In this document: in pieces, positions 29,072 to 39,822 of the stretch
Layout: the number at the start of each line of letters is the position of its first letter
How positions within the stretch are numbered: the stretch's first letter is position 1
DNA from: an uncultured Thermoplasmata archaeon
GTDB lineage: Archaea; Thermoplasmatota; Thermoplasmata; Lutacidiplasmatales; UBA184
Length of the DNA: 64,000 bases
NCBI GenBank assembly: GCA_963719635.1
Contig: CAVRCS010000004.1
Span: 459,465-523,464, forward strand
Direction of reading: 5' to 3'
Notes under the pieces: model-generated
What the model saw: the letters and a program-made list of their open reading frames with translations, nothing else
The model's database searches: none
What the model was told of the DNA's origin: nothing
Program-made: the position numbers and the translations under genes

Positions 29072-29582
29072 GGCGCACCTTCACGTCGAGCTCTTCCGGC
29101 TCGTGGAGCTTGAACGACCGTAGCAGCGGGTGGAACGCGTAGTCGTCGGGCATCAACAGGTGCCGCATATCCGGGTGGTGGTCGAACGCGATGTCGACCA
29201 TCTCCCACGCCTCGCGCTCGTGCCAGTTGGCGCTCGGCCAGACGGGCGTCGCCGACTCCACATGGGCGTCGGCGGCGGGAACGTTCGTGGAGAGGAGGAG
29301 GTACTGGCGCGCCTCGTCCGACCAGACGACGTAGACGACCTCCCGGTGCTCGACCCAGTCGATCCCCCCGACCATCGCCAGGTGCAGGAAGTGGAGCTCG
29401 TCGTGGACCGCGCGGAAGACGTCTAGCGCCCCGGCACGGTCGAACCGCAACCTTCCCGCGGTGCCGTCGAACGGGTCGACCCCGAGCAGATGCGGCCCCA
29501 GCCGGGGGAGAGCTGCCGCGAGACGTCGTCCGGTTGCATGGTCCGTTCCCGTGCCCGCGTCGGACCGACGGCGCCCGGTCAC
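29064..29582 (-). CDS. nuoC: Complex I-like subunit C
   Basis: [11 protein letters not shown]...F..HPD...HPLLR; GTG overlaps nuoB stop. Confidence 0.88.
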   Translation of the reverse strand: MTGRRRSDAGTGTDHATGRRLAAALPRLGPHLLGVDPFDGTAGRLRFDRAGALDVFRAVHDELHFLHLAMVGGIDWVEHREVVYVVWSDEARQYLLLSTNVPAADAHVESATPVWPSANWHEREAWEMVDIAFDHHPDMRHLLMPDDYAFHPLLRSFKLHEPEELDVKVRHV

Positions 29583-30133
29583 TCCTTGCGTTCGCGGATC
29601 AGCTTCTCGAGCTCGAGGATCCCGTCCAGCATCGCCTCGGGGCGCGGCGGGCAGCCGGCGATGTAGATGTCGACGGGGACGAGCTTGTCGACGCCGGGGA
29701 CGACCGAGTAGGCGGTGCGGAACGGCCCGCCGCCGGTCGCGCAGTTCCCCATCGCGATGACCCACTTCGGCTCGGGCATCTGCTCGTAGAGCGTGATCAG
29801 CTTGTGCGCGACCTTCCAGGTTACCGTGCCGTTGACGATGAGGAGGTCGCACTGCCGCGGCGTGGACCGCGGCACGACGCCGAACCGCTCCGCGTCCCAC
29901 CGGGCGCCGAACGCGGCCGCGAACTCGATCGCGCAGCAGGCGAGGCCCCAGTGCAGCGGAAAGAGCGAGTTGCGCCCGGCCCAGTTGAAGACGGGCCGGA
30001 TCAGCTTCTGCTGGCCCTGCTCGGCGATCAGGGCGCCGAGCGCCTCCTTCGCGGCCGGGACGAACTCCTTCGCGCGCACCGCCTCGATCTCGATGAACGG
30101 CACCCCCGGTTCCGAGACCGGCGGCGCGGGCAC
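29579..30133 (-). CDS. nuoB: Complex I-like subunit B
   Basis: [22 protein letters not shown]. Confidence 0.95.
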   Translation of the reverse strand: MPAPPVSEPGVPFIEIEAVRAKEFVPAAKEALGALIAEQGQQKLIRPVFNWAGRNSLFPLHWGLACCAIEFAAAFGARWDAERFGVVPRSTPRQCDLLIVNGTVTWKVAHKLITLYEQMPEPKWVIAMGNCATGGGPFRTAYSVVPGVDKLVPVDIYIAGCPPRPEAMLDGILELEKLIRERKE

Positions 30134-30170
30134 CGCGGCGGCGCTCGGCGGGGGGCGACGGCGGGGGCGC

Positions 30171-30540
30171 TCAGACGACCCACCTCTTCTCGCCGCTGAG
30201 GGCGTAGTAGATCCCCGTGATCGCGAGGGCCGTGAACGCGACGGCGACCAGCACGGGCACGAGCGCCGCGTTCACGGTCCGGAAGGTGAGGCCCCACAGG
30301 GCGAGGATGAAGCCGAGGACGTCGACGGCGACGAAGACGATCGCGAACGTGTAGTGCTGGGTCGGGAAGTCTATCTGCGCCTCCCCTTCCGCCTCCTCGC
30401 CGCACTCGTACGTCGTCCCCTCCAGGTACCGACCGGCGCCGCTTGGCGCCTAGGCTCCGGTTCATCAGGAGGGAGACGCACCCGAAGAGCCCCGCGACGA
30501 CGGCGAAGACGACGAACGTCGTGACGCCGGACTCGACCAT
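30171..30540 (-). CDS. nuoA: Complex I-like subunit A; frameshift near 30435
   Basis: N-terminal TM helix, then YECGE...[13 protein letters not shown] in the shifted frame; TTAAAT box near 30585-30590. Confidence 0.85.
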
Positions 30541-30686
30541 CGTGCCTCCGCTGCCCAGTGGACAGCCAAAGGACTTCCCGTCGTTATTTAACGGCACCCC
30601 GGAACGCGCCGTCTCCGAGAGAAGCCGGCTCCTTTTGGGCCCTCCGGGGGCCGCGGAGTTATGGCGCCCGAAAGCTCGCCCGGAGC

Positions 30687-31322
30687 GTGCGGCCCGATGC
30701 GTTCCACGCCCCGGTGACGCTTCGAGGCCAGCATGTCGACCTGGTGCCGCTGGAGCTCGCCCATGCCCCCGGGCTCCTCGCGGCGGCGCACGACCCCGAG
30801 ACGACGCGCTACCTCGTTCACGGCGTAGGGGCGGGACTCGCCGACGCCGAGGGGTTGGTACGGGCCCTGCTCGACCGGGGCGCGGCGGGCACCGACCTGC
30901 CGTTCGCCACCGTCCTGCGAGCGACCGGAACCGTCGTCGGCATGACCCGGTACATCCACATCGACCGGGAGAACGACTCGGTGGAGGTCGGCGGCACGTT
31001 CCTCGACCCGAAGTACTGGCGGACGCCGCTCAACACCGATGCGAAGCTCGTCCAGCTCCGCCACGCCTTCGAGACCGAGCGTGCGCACCGGGTCTGGCTC
31101 CAGACGGACCGGCGAAACCTCCGCTCGCAGGCGGCGATCGTCCGCCTGGGCGCGGTCCGCGAAGGGCTCCTGCGCGAGGACCGCCTCCTGGCGACCGGCG
31201 ACTACCGGACGAGCGTCGTCTATTCGATCCTCGTCTCCGAGTGGCCGGCGGTGCGGGAGACGCTCGAGGCATCGCTCCGTCGACCGTGGCCGGACGACCC
31301 GGCGCGTCCGAGCCCCGGCTAG
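30687..31322 (+). CDS. GNAT family N-acetyltransferase (RimJ/RimL-like)
   Basis: EVGGT, N..AK...L.HAFE, N.RSQ.AI.RLGA..EG.LR. Confidence 0.85.
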   Translation: MRPDAFHAPVTLRGQHVDLVPLELAHAPGLLAAAHDPETTRYLVHGVGAGLADAEGLVRALLDRGAAGTDLPFATVLRATGTVVGMTRYIHIDRENDSVEVGGTFLDPKYWRTPLNTDAKLVQLRHAFETERAHRVWLQTDRRNLRSQAAIVRLGAVREGLLREDRLLATGDYRTSVVYSILVSEWPAVRETLEASLRRPWPDDPARPSPG

Positions 31323-32137
31323 TTCAACGGCGGTGCCTTACCCCGCGGCTTCGGCGCGGGGAAGTCGGGCTTGCGCTTCTCCACGAACGCCCGGATCCCC
31401 TCCGGGAGCTCCGCGTCTTCCGCCGCGGCGACCGCTCCCCGCCGCTCCAGCATCATCTGGGTGGCGAGGCTCTCGTGAAAGGCGCTCTGCAGCAGCTGCT
31501 TGGTCCGCCCGTAGGCGAGGGTCGGGCCGCTCGCCAGCTCGAGCGCGCGCTCGCGGACCCGGCCCGCGAACGAGGCGGCGGGGACGACCTCGTGCACGAG
31601 GCCAAGCTCCCGGGCGCGGGCCGCCGGCACCCGGGCGTTCGTGAACAGCAGCTCCTGGGCGAGCCCGAGGCCGAGGAAATGCGGCAGGAAGTAGGTGAGT
31701 CCGCCGTCCGGGACCGCGCCCAGCGCCGGGAACGCGGGCACCAGCGTCGCCTCCTCCGAGGCGATCCTCCAGTCCGCGGCGAGTGCGAGGGAGAGGCCAC
31801 CGCCTGCCGCGACCCCGGCGAGCGCGGCGAGGACGGGCTTCGGCATCCCGACGATCTCCCGGACGCACTGCTCCTGCCCGCCGATGAGCTCATGGAAGAG
31901 ACGGGCGAGCTCGCCCCGGCGGCGGCATTCGTCCATCGCGGCGACGTCGCCGCCGGCCGAGAACGCCCGCCCGTCGCCCGTCAGGACGACCGCGCGGGCG
32001 CCGAGGTCGGTCGAGGCAGCCTGGAGCGCCGCGGCGAGCTCGCGCATCGTCGCGACGTCCAGCGCGTTCAGCCGGTCGGGCCGCGCGAGCGTGATCGTGA
32101 GGACCGAGCCGTCGCGCTCGGTGCGTACGCCGACCAT
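31319..32137 (-). CDS. Enoyl-CoA hydratase/isomerase (PaaG-like)
   Basis: FSAGGDV, GVAAGGG, PDGG, AFVEKRKP. Confidence 0.88.
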   Translation of the reverse strand: MVGVRTERDGSVLTITLARPDRLNALDVATMRELAAALQAASTDLGARAVVLTGDGRAFSAGGDVAAMDECRRRGELARLFHELIGGQEQCVREIVGMPKPVLAALAGVAAGGGLSLALAADWRIASEEATLVPAFPALGAVPDGGLTYFLPHFLGLGLAQELLFTNARVPAARARELGLVHEVVPAASFAGRVRERALELASGPTLAYGRTKQLLQSAFHESLATQMMLERRGAVAAAEDAELPEGIRAFVEKRKPDFPAPKPRGKAPPLN

Positions 32138-32323
32138 CGCGCCGTGCGCAGCCCACTCGGAGCTTAAACGCCGCGCTCGCGGGTCATCGTCGCGCGACGG
32201 CCGCCGCGATCGGACCCGCCGTGCGCGCTCCCGCGGCGTCGGGAGCAACCCGCCTGCCCGAACCCCGCAACCAACCGGGCTACAACGCGGGGACCCAGCC
32301 GCGGGCGGGCGGGACCGGCTCCC

Positions 32324-33658
32324 TTACGGGTCGGCGGCCGCCGGCGGGGGCCGACGCGCCCTGGGGGGCGGAGCGGCGTCCGCTTCGTCCGCGTCGTCGA
32401 ACGACGGCGGCTCGCCGTGAGGCTCGGCGGGCCGGTGAACCGGCGGGGCAATCGAAAATCCGCGCGTCCTCCCGGCAGCGTCCGGGGGGGGCGGCGCGAT
32501 CGGCGCCGTCCGGGTGCGCGGCAGCACCGCCGGTGGCGGGGCGATTACGTCCGGAGGGGGAAGGGACGGAACGCCCGTCGCGGCCCGCGCCGTGCGGGGG
32601 ATCGACTGCGTGTCGTCCGCCTCCGCCTTGAGCTCCTCCTCGATCGACTTGATGTCGGTCATCAGTTCGTCCTGCTTCGGGATCGGCCCGAGGATGTCGT
32701 CCATCGTCCCGACCCGCTTCTCGAGCTCGTCCAGCGTGTTGAGCGACCGGTCGGGGACTTGGCGGCTCGTGCCGAGGAACTCGCTCGCGCCCTCCATCAG
32801 GCGCGAGAACTCGAACGGGAACAGGATCTTCGTCGCCTGGCCGTCGCCGACCTTCGCTACCGTGTCCAGCGTGAGGACGGTCAGCGCCTTCGCGTCCAGT
32901 ACGCCGGCGCCGAGCGAGAGGATCCTCAGCCGCTGAGCCTCACCCTGGGCGGAGAGGATCGTCGCGACCCGGGCTCCCTCGGCCTCGAGGATCTGCGACT
33001 GCCGGACCCCCTCCGCCTGAAGGATGCGCGAGCGCTTCTGTCCCTCGGCGACGAGGATCGCGCTGCGCTTCTCCCCGTCCGCGCGGAGGACGGCGGCCCG
33101 TCGCTGGCGCTCGGCGGAGGTCTGCTCCTCCATCGCCGACTTGACCGGGCCGACCGGGTCGACCTCCTTGATCTCGACCGCGTCGACGCGGACACCCCAC
33201 TTGTCGGTCGCTTCGTCCAGGATGTCGCGGAGGCGGGTGTTGATCCGCTCGCGGTTGTAGAGCACCTCGTCCAGCTCCATGTCGCCGATGATCGACCGGA
33301 GCGTCGTCTGGGCGAGCGCGAGGGTCGCGACGCGGTAGTCCTGGACCTGGAAGATCGCCTTCGGCGCGTCGACGACCTTGATGTAGATGATCGCGTCGAC
33401 GTTCGTCGGCGAGTTGTCCTTCGTGATCACCTCTTGCCGAGGGACCTCGAGCACCTGCGTCCGCAGGTCGATCTTGAGGACGACCGACAGCGGGCTCACC
33501 ATGTTGAACCCGGGGTTGATCATCCGCTTGTACGAGCCGAGCAGCGTGACAATCCCCTGCTGGTACGGCTCGATCGTGTAGATCATCCGGGTCAGCAGGA
33601 CCAGGATGATGATCAGGGCGAGAACCAGGATGACGATGACCAGCGTGTAATCCATCAT
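32324..33658 (-). CDS. SPFH/stomatin family protein
   Basis: N-terminal TM, QEVITKDN, QTTLRSIIG, AER.RRA coiled coil, Pro-rich tail. Confidence 0.92.
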   Translation of the reverse strand: MMDYTLVIVILVLALIIILVLLTRMIYTIEPYQQGIVTLLGSYKRMINPGFNMVSPLSVVLKIDLRTQVLEVPRQEVITKDNSPTNVDAIIYIKVVDAPKAIFQVQDYRVATLALAQTTLRSIIGDMELDEVLYNRERINTRLRDILDEATDKWGVRVDAVEIKEVDPVGPVKSAMEEQTSAERQRRAAVLRADGEKRSAILVAEGQKRSRILQAEGVRQSQILEAEGARVATILSAQGEAQRLRILSLGAGVLDAKALTVLTLDTVAKVGDGQATKILFPFEFSRLMEGASEFLGTSRQVPDRSLNTLDELEKRVGTMDDILGPIPKQDELMTDIKSIEEELKAEADDTQSIPRTARAATGVPSLPPPDVIAPPPAVLPRTRTAPIAPPPPDAAGRTRGFSIAPPVHRPAEPHGEPPSFDDADEADAAPPPRARRPPPAAADP

Positions 33659-33752
33659 GCTTCCTCCGTGTCGCGCGTCCCGCGCCCCGCGGGGCGGAGC
33701 GCTCCCACACCCGGCGAGAACGTAACCGTTGTGGGTCGTTCCGCGCGCGCGC

Positions 33753-34220
33753 TCATGACGCCGGGGCCGACTCGACCGGCTCGACCTGGAGGGATACGCC
33801 CTCGCCGTGGACCACGCGGACCCGGGTGCCGACGGGGATCGCCGCGCTTCCGCGCGCCGACCAAATCTCCGAGTTGACGCGCACCTTCCCCTTCATCGTG
33901 TCCGGGATGATCGGCACGACCACGATCCCCTCGTGCCCGACCAGGCCCGCCGAGGTCGTGCTGAGCGGCCAGTGGGTCGGGGCGACCCAGCGGTAGTAGT
34001 AGATCTCCAGGACGGTCGCGAGGAACGCCGCGACCAGGATGGCGATCGGGCCGATGGCGCTGTCGAGCAGGTACGTCGGGAAGAACAGGTAGAGGAAGCC
34101 GGCGACCAGGAGGATTGAGCCGGGGATGAACAGGAGCGCGCCCGGGTGCACAAGCTCGGAAGCGAGGAGGGCGATCCCGACCCCGACGAGTACGATGCCG
34201 ACCTCGATGTCGATCGCCAC
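33753..34220 (-). CDS. NfeD family protein (short, OB-fold)
   Basis: Three TM helices plus GKVRVNSEIWSA; directly upstream of the SPFH gene. Confidence 0.85.
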   Translation of the reverse strand: MAIDIEVGIVLVGVGIALLASELVHPGALLFIPGSILLVAGFLYLFFPTYLLDSAIGPIAILVAAFLATVLEIYYYRWVAPTHWPLSTTSAGLVGHEGIVVVPIIPDTMKGKVRVNSEIWSARGSAAIPVGTRVRVVHGEGVSLQVEPVESAPAS

Positions 34221-34276
34221 GACCGCCCCGGTTCGGCGGGAGGCGGCGTCGGAGGATAAAGACCGACGACCGCGCC

Positions 34277-34858
34277 CTACCGGATGTACGTCTCCGAGCT
34301 CGCGAGGTCGAACCCGCGGACGACCTTGAGGCGCTGGCCGTCCCCGGTCGGGGCGTACGCGAGGAACGGGAACATCTGCCAGAGGTTCCCCTCCGCCATC
34401 TTCGTCACCGGGTGGTCCGGGCCGAACGCACCCCGCGCGACCCTCGCGGTGACCGTGCGCACGGCCTGCTCGTCGAGGTAGCCGAGCGCGTGCAGGTACT
34501 CGTGCGCGAGGACGACGAAGACGAAGGCGTTCACCTCGAGCGGCGAGCGGGCGTGGGACCGCATCACCTCGACCAGGCCCTCGTTGAGGACGATCAGGTT
34601 GCCGGTGACCTGCCAGTACGCCCCCAGCTGGGGTGGGAGGTTGGAGAGCGCGAGTCCAAGCCCAGGGCGCTCGGTGCCGAGCACGCGTCGGACCGCGGCC
34701 CGGACGAGCCGGTAGACCTCGGCGTAGTCGGCCGGCCGCTCCAGACGGTCGGCGAGGTCCGAGCCCTTGGGGCCGGCCGCGGCCGTCCGGTTCCGGCCCG
34801 GGGCGGGCGGGGAGGGCGGGGAGGGGGCACGGCTCGGCAGGGTGAGGAACGGAGTCAC
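34277..34858 (-). CDS. Putative zinc metallopeptidase
   Basis: VLAHEYLHALGY..E HExxH motif. Confidence 0.7.
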   Translation of the reverse strand: MTPFLTLPSRAPSPPSPPAPGRNRTAAAGPKGSDLADRLERPADYAEVYRLVRAAVRRVLGTERPGLGLALSNLPPQLGAYWQVTGNLIVLNEGLVEVMRSHARSPLEVNAFVFVVLAHEYLHALGYLDEQAVRTVTARVARGAFGPDHPVTKMAEGNLWQMFPFLAYAPTGDGQRLKVVRGFDLASSETYIR

Positions 34859-34975
34859 GCCCTCTCTAGGCGCCGGGGGTCGGATAAACTTCTACTTACG
34901 GCCACGCCACGAGGGGGCGTCGCTCGCGGCGGGCGGGGCGCGCAAGTCTATGAACGCCGCACGGCTGACGGCGGC

Positions 34976-35761
34976 GTGCCGCGGGCGGTGGACCTCGTCT
35001 TTCCCCGGCGCGAGCGGGTCGAGGACCGCCACAAGGAGCTCGACCAGCGCAAGCTCCTGGACGAGTTCTTCGACCACGCGACGCTGCTCGCGGTCTCGCG
35101 CCTGGTGAACCGGGGACTCTTTGACGTGCTCGACCACCCGATCGCCTCGGGCAAGGAGGGGGGCGTGTTCCGCGCGTCGAAGGGCGGGGAGCTGCGGGCC
35201 GTCAAGATCTACCGGATCTCGAACACGATGTTCCGCCGCCTCCCCGCGTATGCGCTGGAGGAGCTCCGGCGGGAGGCGAGCGTCGGGAACTACGGCGGCC
35301 TCATCTTCGCCTGGACGCGGCGGGAGCACTCCATGCTCGGCCGGCTCGCCGACGCCGGGGTCCGGGCGCCCCGGCCGTACGGCCACCTGCGCAACGTGCT
35401 GGTGATGGAGTTCATCGGGGACGAGGCGGGGGCGGCGCCGCGCCTCAAGGACGTACCGGTCGACGACCCGGCGCGGCTGTACAAGGAGCTGGTCGCCGAG
35501 TTCGGCCGGATGGTCCGGGACGCGAAGCTGGTCCACGGCGACCTCTCGCCGTACAACACGCTGTACCACGACGGCCAGGTCGTCATCATCGACGTCGCCC
35601 AGTCGGTCCGCTCCGACCACCCCGAGGCGCCCCGCCTCCTGGAGCGGGACATCACGAACTTCGCCCGGTTCTTGGGCCGCCTCGGCTACTCGGTCGAGCC
35701 GGCCGAGTTCCTGAAGGCGGTCGGCGGGGATACCGTCGGGCCCCACGCCGGGGAGGCGTAG
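34976..35761 (+). CDS. rio1: RIO1-type Ser/Thr kinase
   Basis: SGKEG, AVKIYR, LVHGDLSPYN, IDVAQ. Confidence 0.9.
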   Translation: MPRAVDLVFPRRERVEDRHKELDQRKLLDEFFDHATLLAVSRLVNRGLFDVLDHPIASGKEGGVFRASKGGELRAVKIYRISNTMFRRLPAYALEELRREASVGNYGGLIFAWTRREHSMLGRLADAGVRAPRPYGHLRNVLVMEFIGDEAGAAPRLKDVPVDDPARLYKELVAEFGRMVRDAKLVHGDLSPYNTLYHDGQVVIIDVAQSVRSDHPEAPRLLERDITNFARFLGRLGYSVEPAEFLKAVGGDTVGPHAGEA

Positions 35762-35763
35762 CC

Positions 35764-36336
35764 GTGCCGACGCTCACCGTACGGATCCCCGAGGACCGGG
35801 TCGGCGTCCTCATCGGCACCCGCGGGCGCACGCGCCGGGCGATCGCGACCGCGACCGGGGCGACGGTGGAGGTTGACGCCGACGACGGCGCGGTGACGGT
35901 CTCCGGGCCGGAGACCGACCCCATCGCCGCCCTGAAGGCTAGGGACATCGCGCTTGCGATCGGGCGGGGGTTCTCCCCGGAGCGCGCGATGCGGCTCGCG
36001 CGGGAGAACACGTTCCTGGGCGTCCTCGACATCAAGTTCACCACCGGCCGGCGCGACAAGGCCGCCCTGCGCCGGATCCGCGCGCGGGTCATCGGCGCCG
36101 GAGGCCGCGCGCGGAGCCGGATCGAAGCGCTCTCCGGCTGCTCGATGAGCATCTACGGCTCGACCGTGGCGCTCATCGGAACCGAGGACCAGCTCGACCG
36201 CGGGACCCGGGCGGTCGAGCTCCTCCTGCGGGGGAGCGAGCACTCGGCGGTCTTCCACCTGCTCGCCCGGCTGCGCCGGAACGCGGCGCTGGACGAGGCG
36301 ATCGCCCCGGAGCTCGAGCCCGCAGACGGGCCGTAG
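35764..36336 (+). CDS. KH-domain pre-rRNA processing protein (Dim2/Pno1-like)
   Basis: GVLIGTRG, AIGRGFSPE, RVIG..G; follows rio1. Confidence 0.88.
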   Translation: MPTLTVRIPEDRVGVLIGTRGRTRRAIATATGATVEVDADDGAVTVSGPETDPIAALKARDIALAIGRGFSPERAMRLARENTFLGVLDIKFTTGRRDKAALRRIRARVIGAGGRARSRIEALSGCSMSIYGSTVALIGTEDQLDRGTRAVELLLRGSEHSAVFHLLARLRRNAALDEAIAPELEPADGP

Positions 36337-36340
36337 CGCG

Positions 36341-37603
36341 ATGGCGAAGACCGTCCCGGTGGACGCCCCGACGCTCGCGTGGGCCCGGGGCGCGTTCGCC
36401 CGCTACTACGCCTCGTGCCGGCCGGAGGTGCCGGAGCGGCTCGCTCGCCGCGAGTTCGCCGTCTTCCCGTTCGCGGAGGGGAACCTGATGCGCCGCCACA
36501 CGACCGTCCCCACGCCCGACGGGCTCGCCGCGTTCCTGCGGGAGGCGGTGCCGCGGCACGTCTACTACTCGTCGGCGTACTACCGCTCCCCCGCCGAGCC
36601 GACGATGGCCGCGAAGGAGTGGCTCGGCGCGGACCTGATCTTCGACCTGGACGCCGACCACCTCCGGGGCGCGGAGGCGCTCGATTACGCGGGCCAGCTC
36701 GCCCTCGTCAAGACGCGGCTGCTCGACCTGGTCGACGACTTCCTCCTCCGGGACTTCGGCCTGGACCTCGCGACGACGTCGTTCGCCTTCTCCGGCGGCC
36801 GCGGCTACCACGTCCACGTCCGCGACCCCCGCTTCCTCCCCCTCACGAGCCCCGAGCGGCGCGAGCTCGTCGACTACGTTCTCGGGACGGGCGTCGACCC
36901 GACCGCGGCGATCGAGGAGCACCGGGAGGACGTCCGGTCCGGCCGGTCGATGGGCGGCGCGGACGAGCTCGACGGGGAGGCTGCGCCTCGGGGCCGCGCG
37001 GCCCGGTCGGTCCGCCTCGCCCCCCCGACCGCGCCGGGGTGGAAGGGGCGGACGACCCGGGCCGTCCTCGCCCTCCTCGCCCGGTGGAAGCGGGAGGGCG
37101 CGGAGGCGGCCGTCGTCGAGATGGAGCGCTGGGGCGTGCCGGGCGCCGACGCACGGAGCTGGGCCCGCCGGCTCCTGCAGCACGGGGAGGCCGAGAAGAT
37201 CCGGACGACCCTGTCGCTCGACCAGTTCGGCCGCGGCGGCTCGCCCCGGCAGTTCCTGGACGCGGTCGTCCGCCACGCTGCCGTCGAGGTCCAGGCCGAG
37301 ACGGATGCGCCCGTGACGACCGACATCCACCGTCTGATCCGGCTCCCCGGCTCGCTGCACGGGGGGACCGGGTTTCGGGTCGTCCCGCTGCGGCGGGAGG
37401 AGATCGACGCCTTCGACCCGTTCCGCGACGCGCTCGTCGACGGGGGAGATACGACCCCGGTGACGATCCTGGAGGAGGTCCGCTACCCGTTCGCGAGCGG
37501 CGGGCTCCACCGCAGCGTGGGGGCGACCGACGAGCTCCCTACGGCGCAGGCGGTGTTCCTGGTGCTGCGGGGACAGGCGGCACTTCGACCTTCACCGGGA
37601 TGA
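36341..37603 (+). CDS. priS: DNA primase catalytic subunit
   Basis: LIFDLDAD, FSGGRGYH, D..RLIRLPGSLH. Confidence 0.93.
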   Translation: MAKTVPVDAPTLAWARGAFARYYASCRPEVPERLARREFAVFPFAEGNLMRRHTTVPTPDGLAAFLREAVPRHVYYSSAYYRSPAEPTMAAKEWLGADLIFDLDADHLRGAEALDYAGQLALVKTRLLDLVDDFLLRDFGLDLATTSFAFSGGRGYHVHVRDPRFLPLTSPERRELVDYVLGTGVDPTAAIEEHREDVRSGRSMGGADELDGEAAPRGRAARSVRLAPPTAPGWKGRTTRAVLALLARWKREGAEAAVVEMERWGVPGADARSWARRLLQHGEAEKIRTTLSLDQFGRGGSPRQFLDAVVRHAAVEVQAETDAPVTTDIHRLIRLPGSLHGGTGFRVVPLRREEIDAFDPFRDALVDGGDTTPVTILEEVRYPFASGGLHRSVGATDELPTAQAVFLVLRGQAALRPSPG

Positions 37604-38543
37604 CCAGGCGCCCGATCTTCTCGATCGACGCCTCGATCTGGTCGCCGGACTTCAGCTTGCGGCTCTCCTTTCCGAACTCGAAGCCCGGGACGCCGCCGAG
37701 GCTTCCGAGCGAGATCATGTCCCCCGGCTCGAACGTGATCCCCTGGGAGAGGTGGGCGAGGATCTCCGGGATCCGGAAGATGTAGTCGGAGGTGTCGCCC
37801 TTCTGGCGCACGACCCCGCCGACCTTCAGTTCCATCGCCAGCGGGTACGGATCGCCGACCTCCTCCTTCGGCACGACCCACGGCCCGACCGCCATCGTCG
37901 CGTCGAACCCCTTTCCCATCACCCAGTCCGCCGCCCCCTCGGCCGGGTACTGGAGATCGCGGTAGCCCATGTCGAGCCCGATGGTGAACCCGGCGACGTG
38001 CTCCATCGCCTTCGCCGCGGGGATCCGCTTCCCCCGCTGGCCGATGACGCACGCGAGCTCGAGCTCCACGTCCGGGAACGAGCCCGTCGGGTTCAGCACG
38101 AGCGACTCGCTCGGTCCGACGAGGGAGTTGAAGAACCGGGTGAAGACGTACGGCCGCGCCGGGGCGGGCTTTCCCTGCTCGGCGAGGTGGCTCTTCGAGT
38201 TCTGTGCGAGGCAGTAGATCTTCTGCCCGTGCACGACCGGCGCGAGGAGCTTGATCCCCTCCTCCGCCTTGAACAGGTAGCGCGCCCCGGTCGCCGCCCG
38301 CGGGGTCCACCCCATGCCGCGGCGCCGGTCGATGTAGTCGAGGATCTTCTTCGTCAGCGCGACCGAGTCGGCGCCGCCCGAGAAGAACGCCTGCATGTCG
38401 CGGAACCGGCTCGGGTCCGCCCCCTTGACCGGGTTGACGCCGTAGTAGTCGCGGCACGCCGTGTCCAGGTCGACGTACTCGTTGGCGTCGGTGACCATCC
38501 CGAAGTGGAACTGCTCCTGCAGGGTGAAGTGGACGAGCTTCAT
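37539..38543 (-). CDS. Fumarylacetoacetate hydrolase family protein
   Basis: DVELEL, GFTIGLD, GKGFD, PGDMI; convergent overlap with priS. Confidence 0.85.
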   Translation of the reverse strand: MKLVHFTLQEQFHFGMVTDANEYVDLDTACRDYYGVNPVKGADPSRFRDMQAFFSGGADSVALTKKILDYIDRRRGMGWTPRAATGARYLFKAEEGIKLLAPVVHGQKIYCLAQNSKSHLAEQGKPAPARPYVFTRFFNSLVGPSESLVLNPTGSFPDVELELACVIGQRGKRIPAAKAMEHVAGFTIGLDMGYRDLQYPAEGAADWVMGKGFDATMAVGPWVVPKEEVGDPYPLAMELKVGGVVRQKGDTSDYIFRIPEILAHLSQGITFEPGDMISLGSLGGVPGFEFGKESRKLKSGDQIEASIEKIGRLVIPVKVEVPPVPAAPGTPPAP

Positions 38544-38622
38544 CGGCGGGACCGTCCTCCGCGACTCCCGACTCCACTTAACGGGTAGCCGCCGCGGGCG
38601 TCCGCGCCGCCGCCGAAGACCC

Positions 38623-39027
38623 TCAGCGGAAGTGGCGGTGCACGGCGATCAGGTAGACGAAGATGATCACCGCGAAGACGAAGCCGAACGTGGCGTACGC
38701 GCCCGCGTAGGCGTACGAGAAGATCTCCCAGAGGAGGAACAGCAGCCCGAGGACGAGGGCCCAGAGCCGTAGCCGCCAGAGCGCGACCCCGATACCGAGG
38801 ATCACGAGGCCGAAGATCGTGACGAGCGCCGCGAGGGCGAGGCCGGTCACGCCGAACGTCGACGGGACGTGGAAGTACGACTGCGTGACCGCGACCGAGC
38901 CGAACAGCAGCAGGCCGAGGACGAACAGGATGAACCCGTAAATCCCGACCAGGACCGAGAGGATCGCGACGCCGAGCGGCAGGGACTGTCGGGGCGGCGG
39001 AGCCGGTGGCGGCAACGACGACGTCGT
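38623..39027 (-). CDS. Four-TM membrane protein, paralogue of 17079-17489
   Basis: PLGVAILSVL...LWRLRLWAL...YLIAVHRHF; start TTG 39015 or ACG 39027. Confidence 0.7.
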   Translation of the reverse strand, partial: TTSSLPPPAPPPRQSLPLGVAILSVLVGIYGFILFVLGLLLFGSVAVTQSYFHVPSTFGVTGLALAALVTIFGLVILGIGVALWRLRLWALVLGLLFLLWEIFSYAYAGAYATFGFVFAVIIFVYLIAVHRHFR

Positions 39028-39138
39028 GGCTCTCTACCTCTCGCGGGGGTCTCCGCTGAGAGGGGCGGACGCGGCCCCCGGGATATGAACGTGCCGAAGG
39101 ACCGGAACCGGTCCCGCGGGGGTCGCCGGCCGGCCGGA

Positions 39139-39821
39139 TTACCGGGGTCGTGGGACGAACGTCGCCACGAACCCCTCCCCGAACCGGTCGACCGACTCCA
39201 GCCGGAGCGGGAACCCCTGCTCCAGGGTCGCCGTCTCCGTTCCCGCGACCATCGACGGGGCCGTCGTCCCTCCGATCACGACCGGGGCGTAGTAGACGGT
39301 CCATCGGTCGAACGCGCCGGCCCGGGCGAACGAGGCGAGGACGCTGGCGCCGCCCTCCACGAGCACCCGCTTCACACCGAGCCCGGTGAGCTCCGCAAAG
39401 AGGCGCGGGAGCTCGACCCGGCCCCGGCCGGCGACGACGGTCCGGATGTGGGGCGGGAACCCCGCCGGTTCGCCTCACCGACCGCGACCACGGTCGGGGC
39501 GGTCTCGTCGAGGATCCGGGCGCCCGCCGGCGTCCGGCCTCGGCTGTCGAGGACCACGCGGGTGGGGTTCCGCCCGGGCGGCCGCCCGAGCAGCTCCCAG
39601 TGGACCCGCAACGACGGGTCGTCGAGGAGGACCGTGCCGACGCCGACGACGATGGCGTCGACCGCGGCCCGCAGCTGCTGGACGCGGCGGAGGTCCTCCT
39701 CGGACGACAGGCGTGCCCGTGCCCCCCCCGCCAAGGCGAGGCGCCCGTCCATCGAGACGGCGCAGTTGAGCAGCACCTCGGGTCGGCTCTCGGCGGGCGC
39801 CGACGCAGCCGGGCGGGTCAC
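39139..39821 (-). CDS. RibD C-terminal/archaeal pyrimidine reductase (DHFR fold); two frameshifts near 39470 and 39385
   Basis: AVSMDG, VGVGTVLLDDPSL, RVVLDS, LVEGG. Confidence 0.8.
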
Positions 39822-39822
39822 G

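Noticed and set aside
20081-30540. Group 4 [NiFe]-hydrogenase
   Set aside because: The D subunit lacks complete CxxC pairs; nuoA/J are present; no maturation genes
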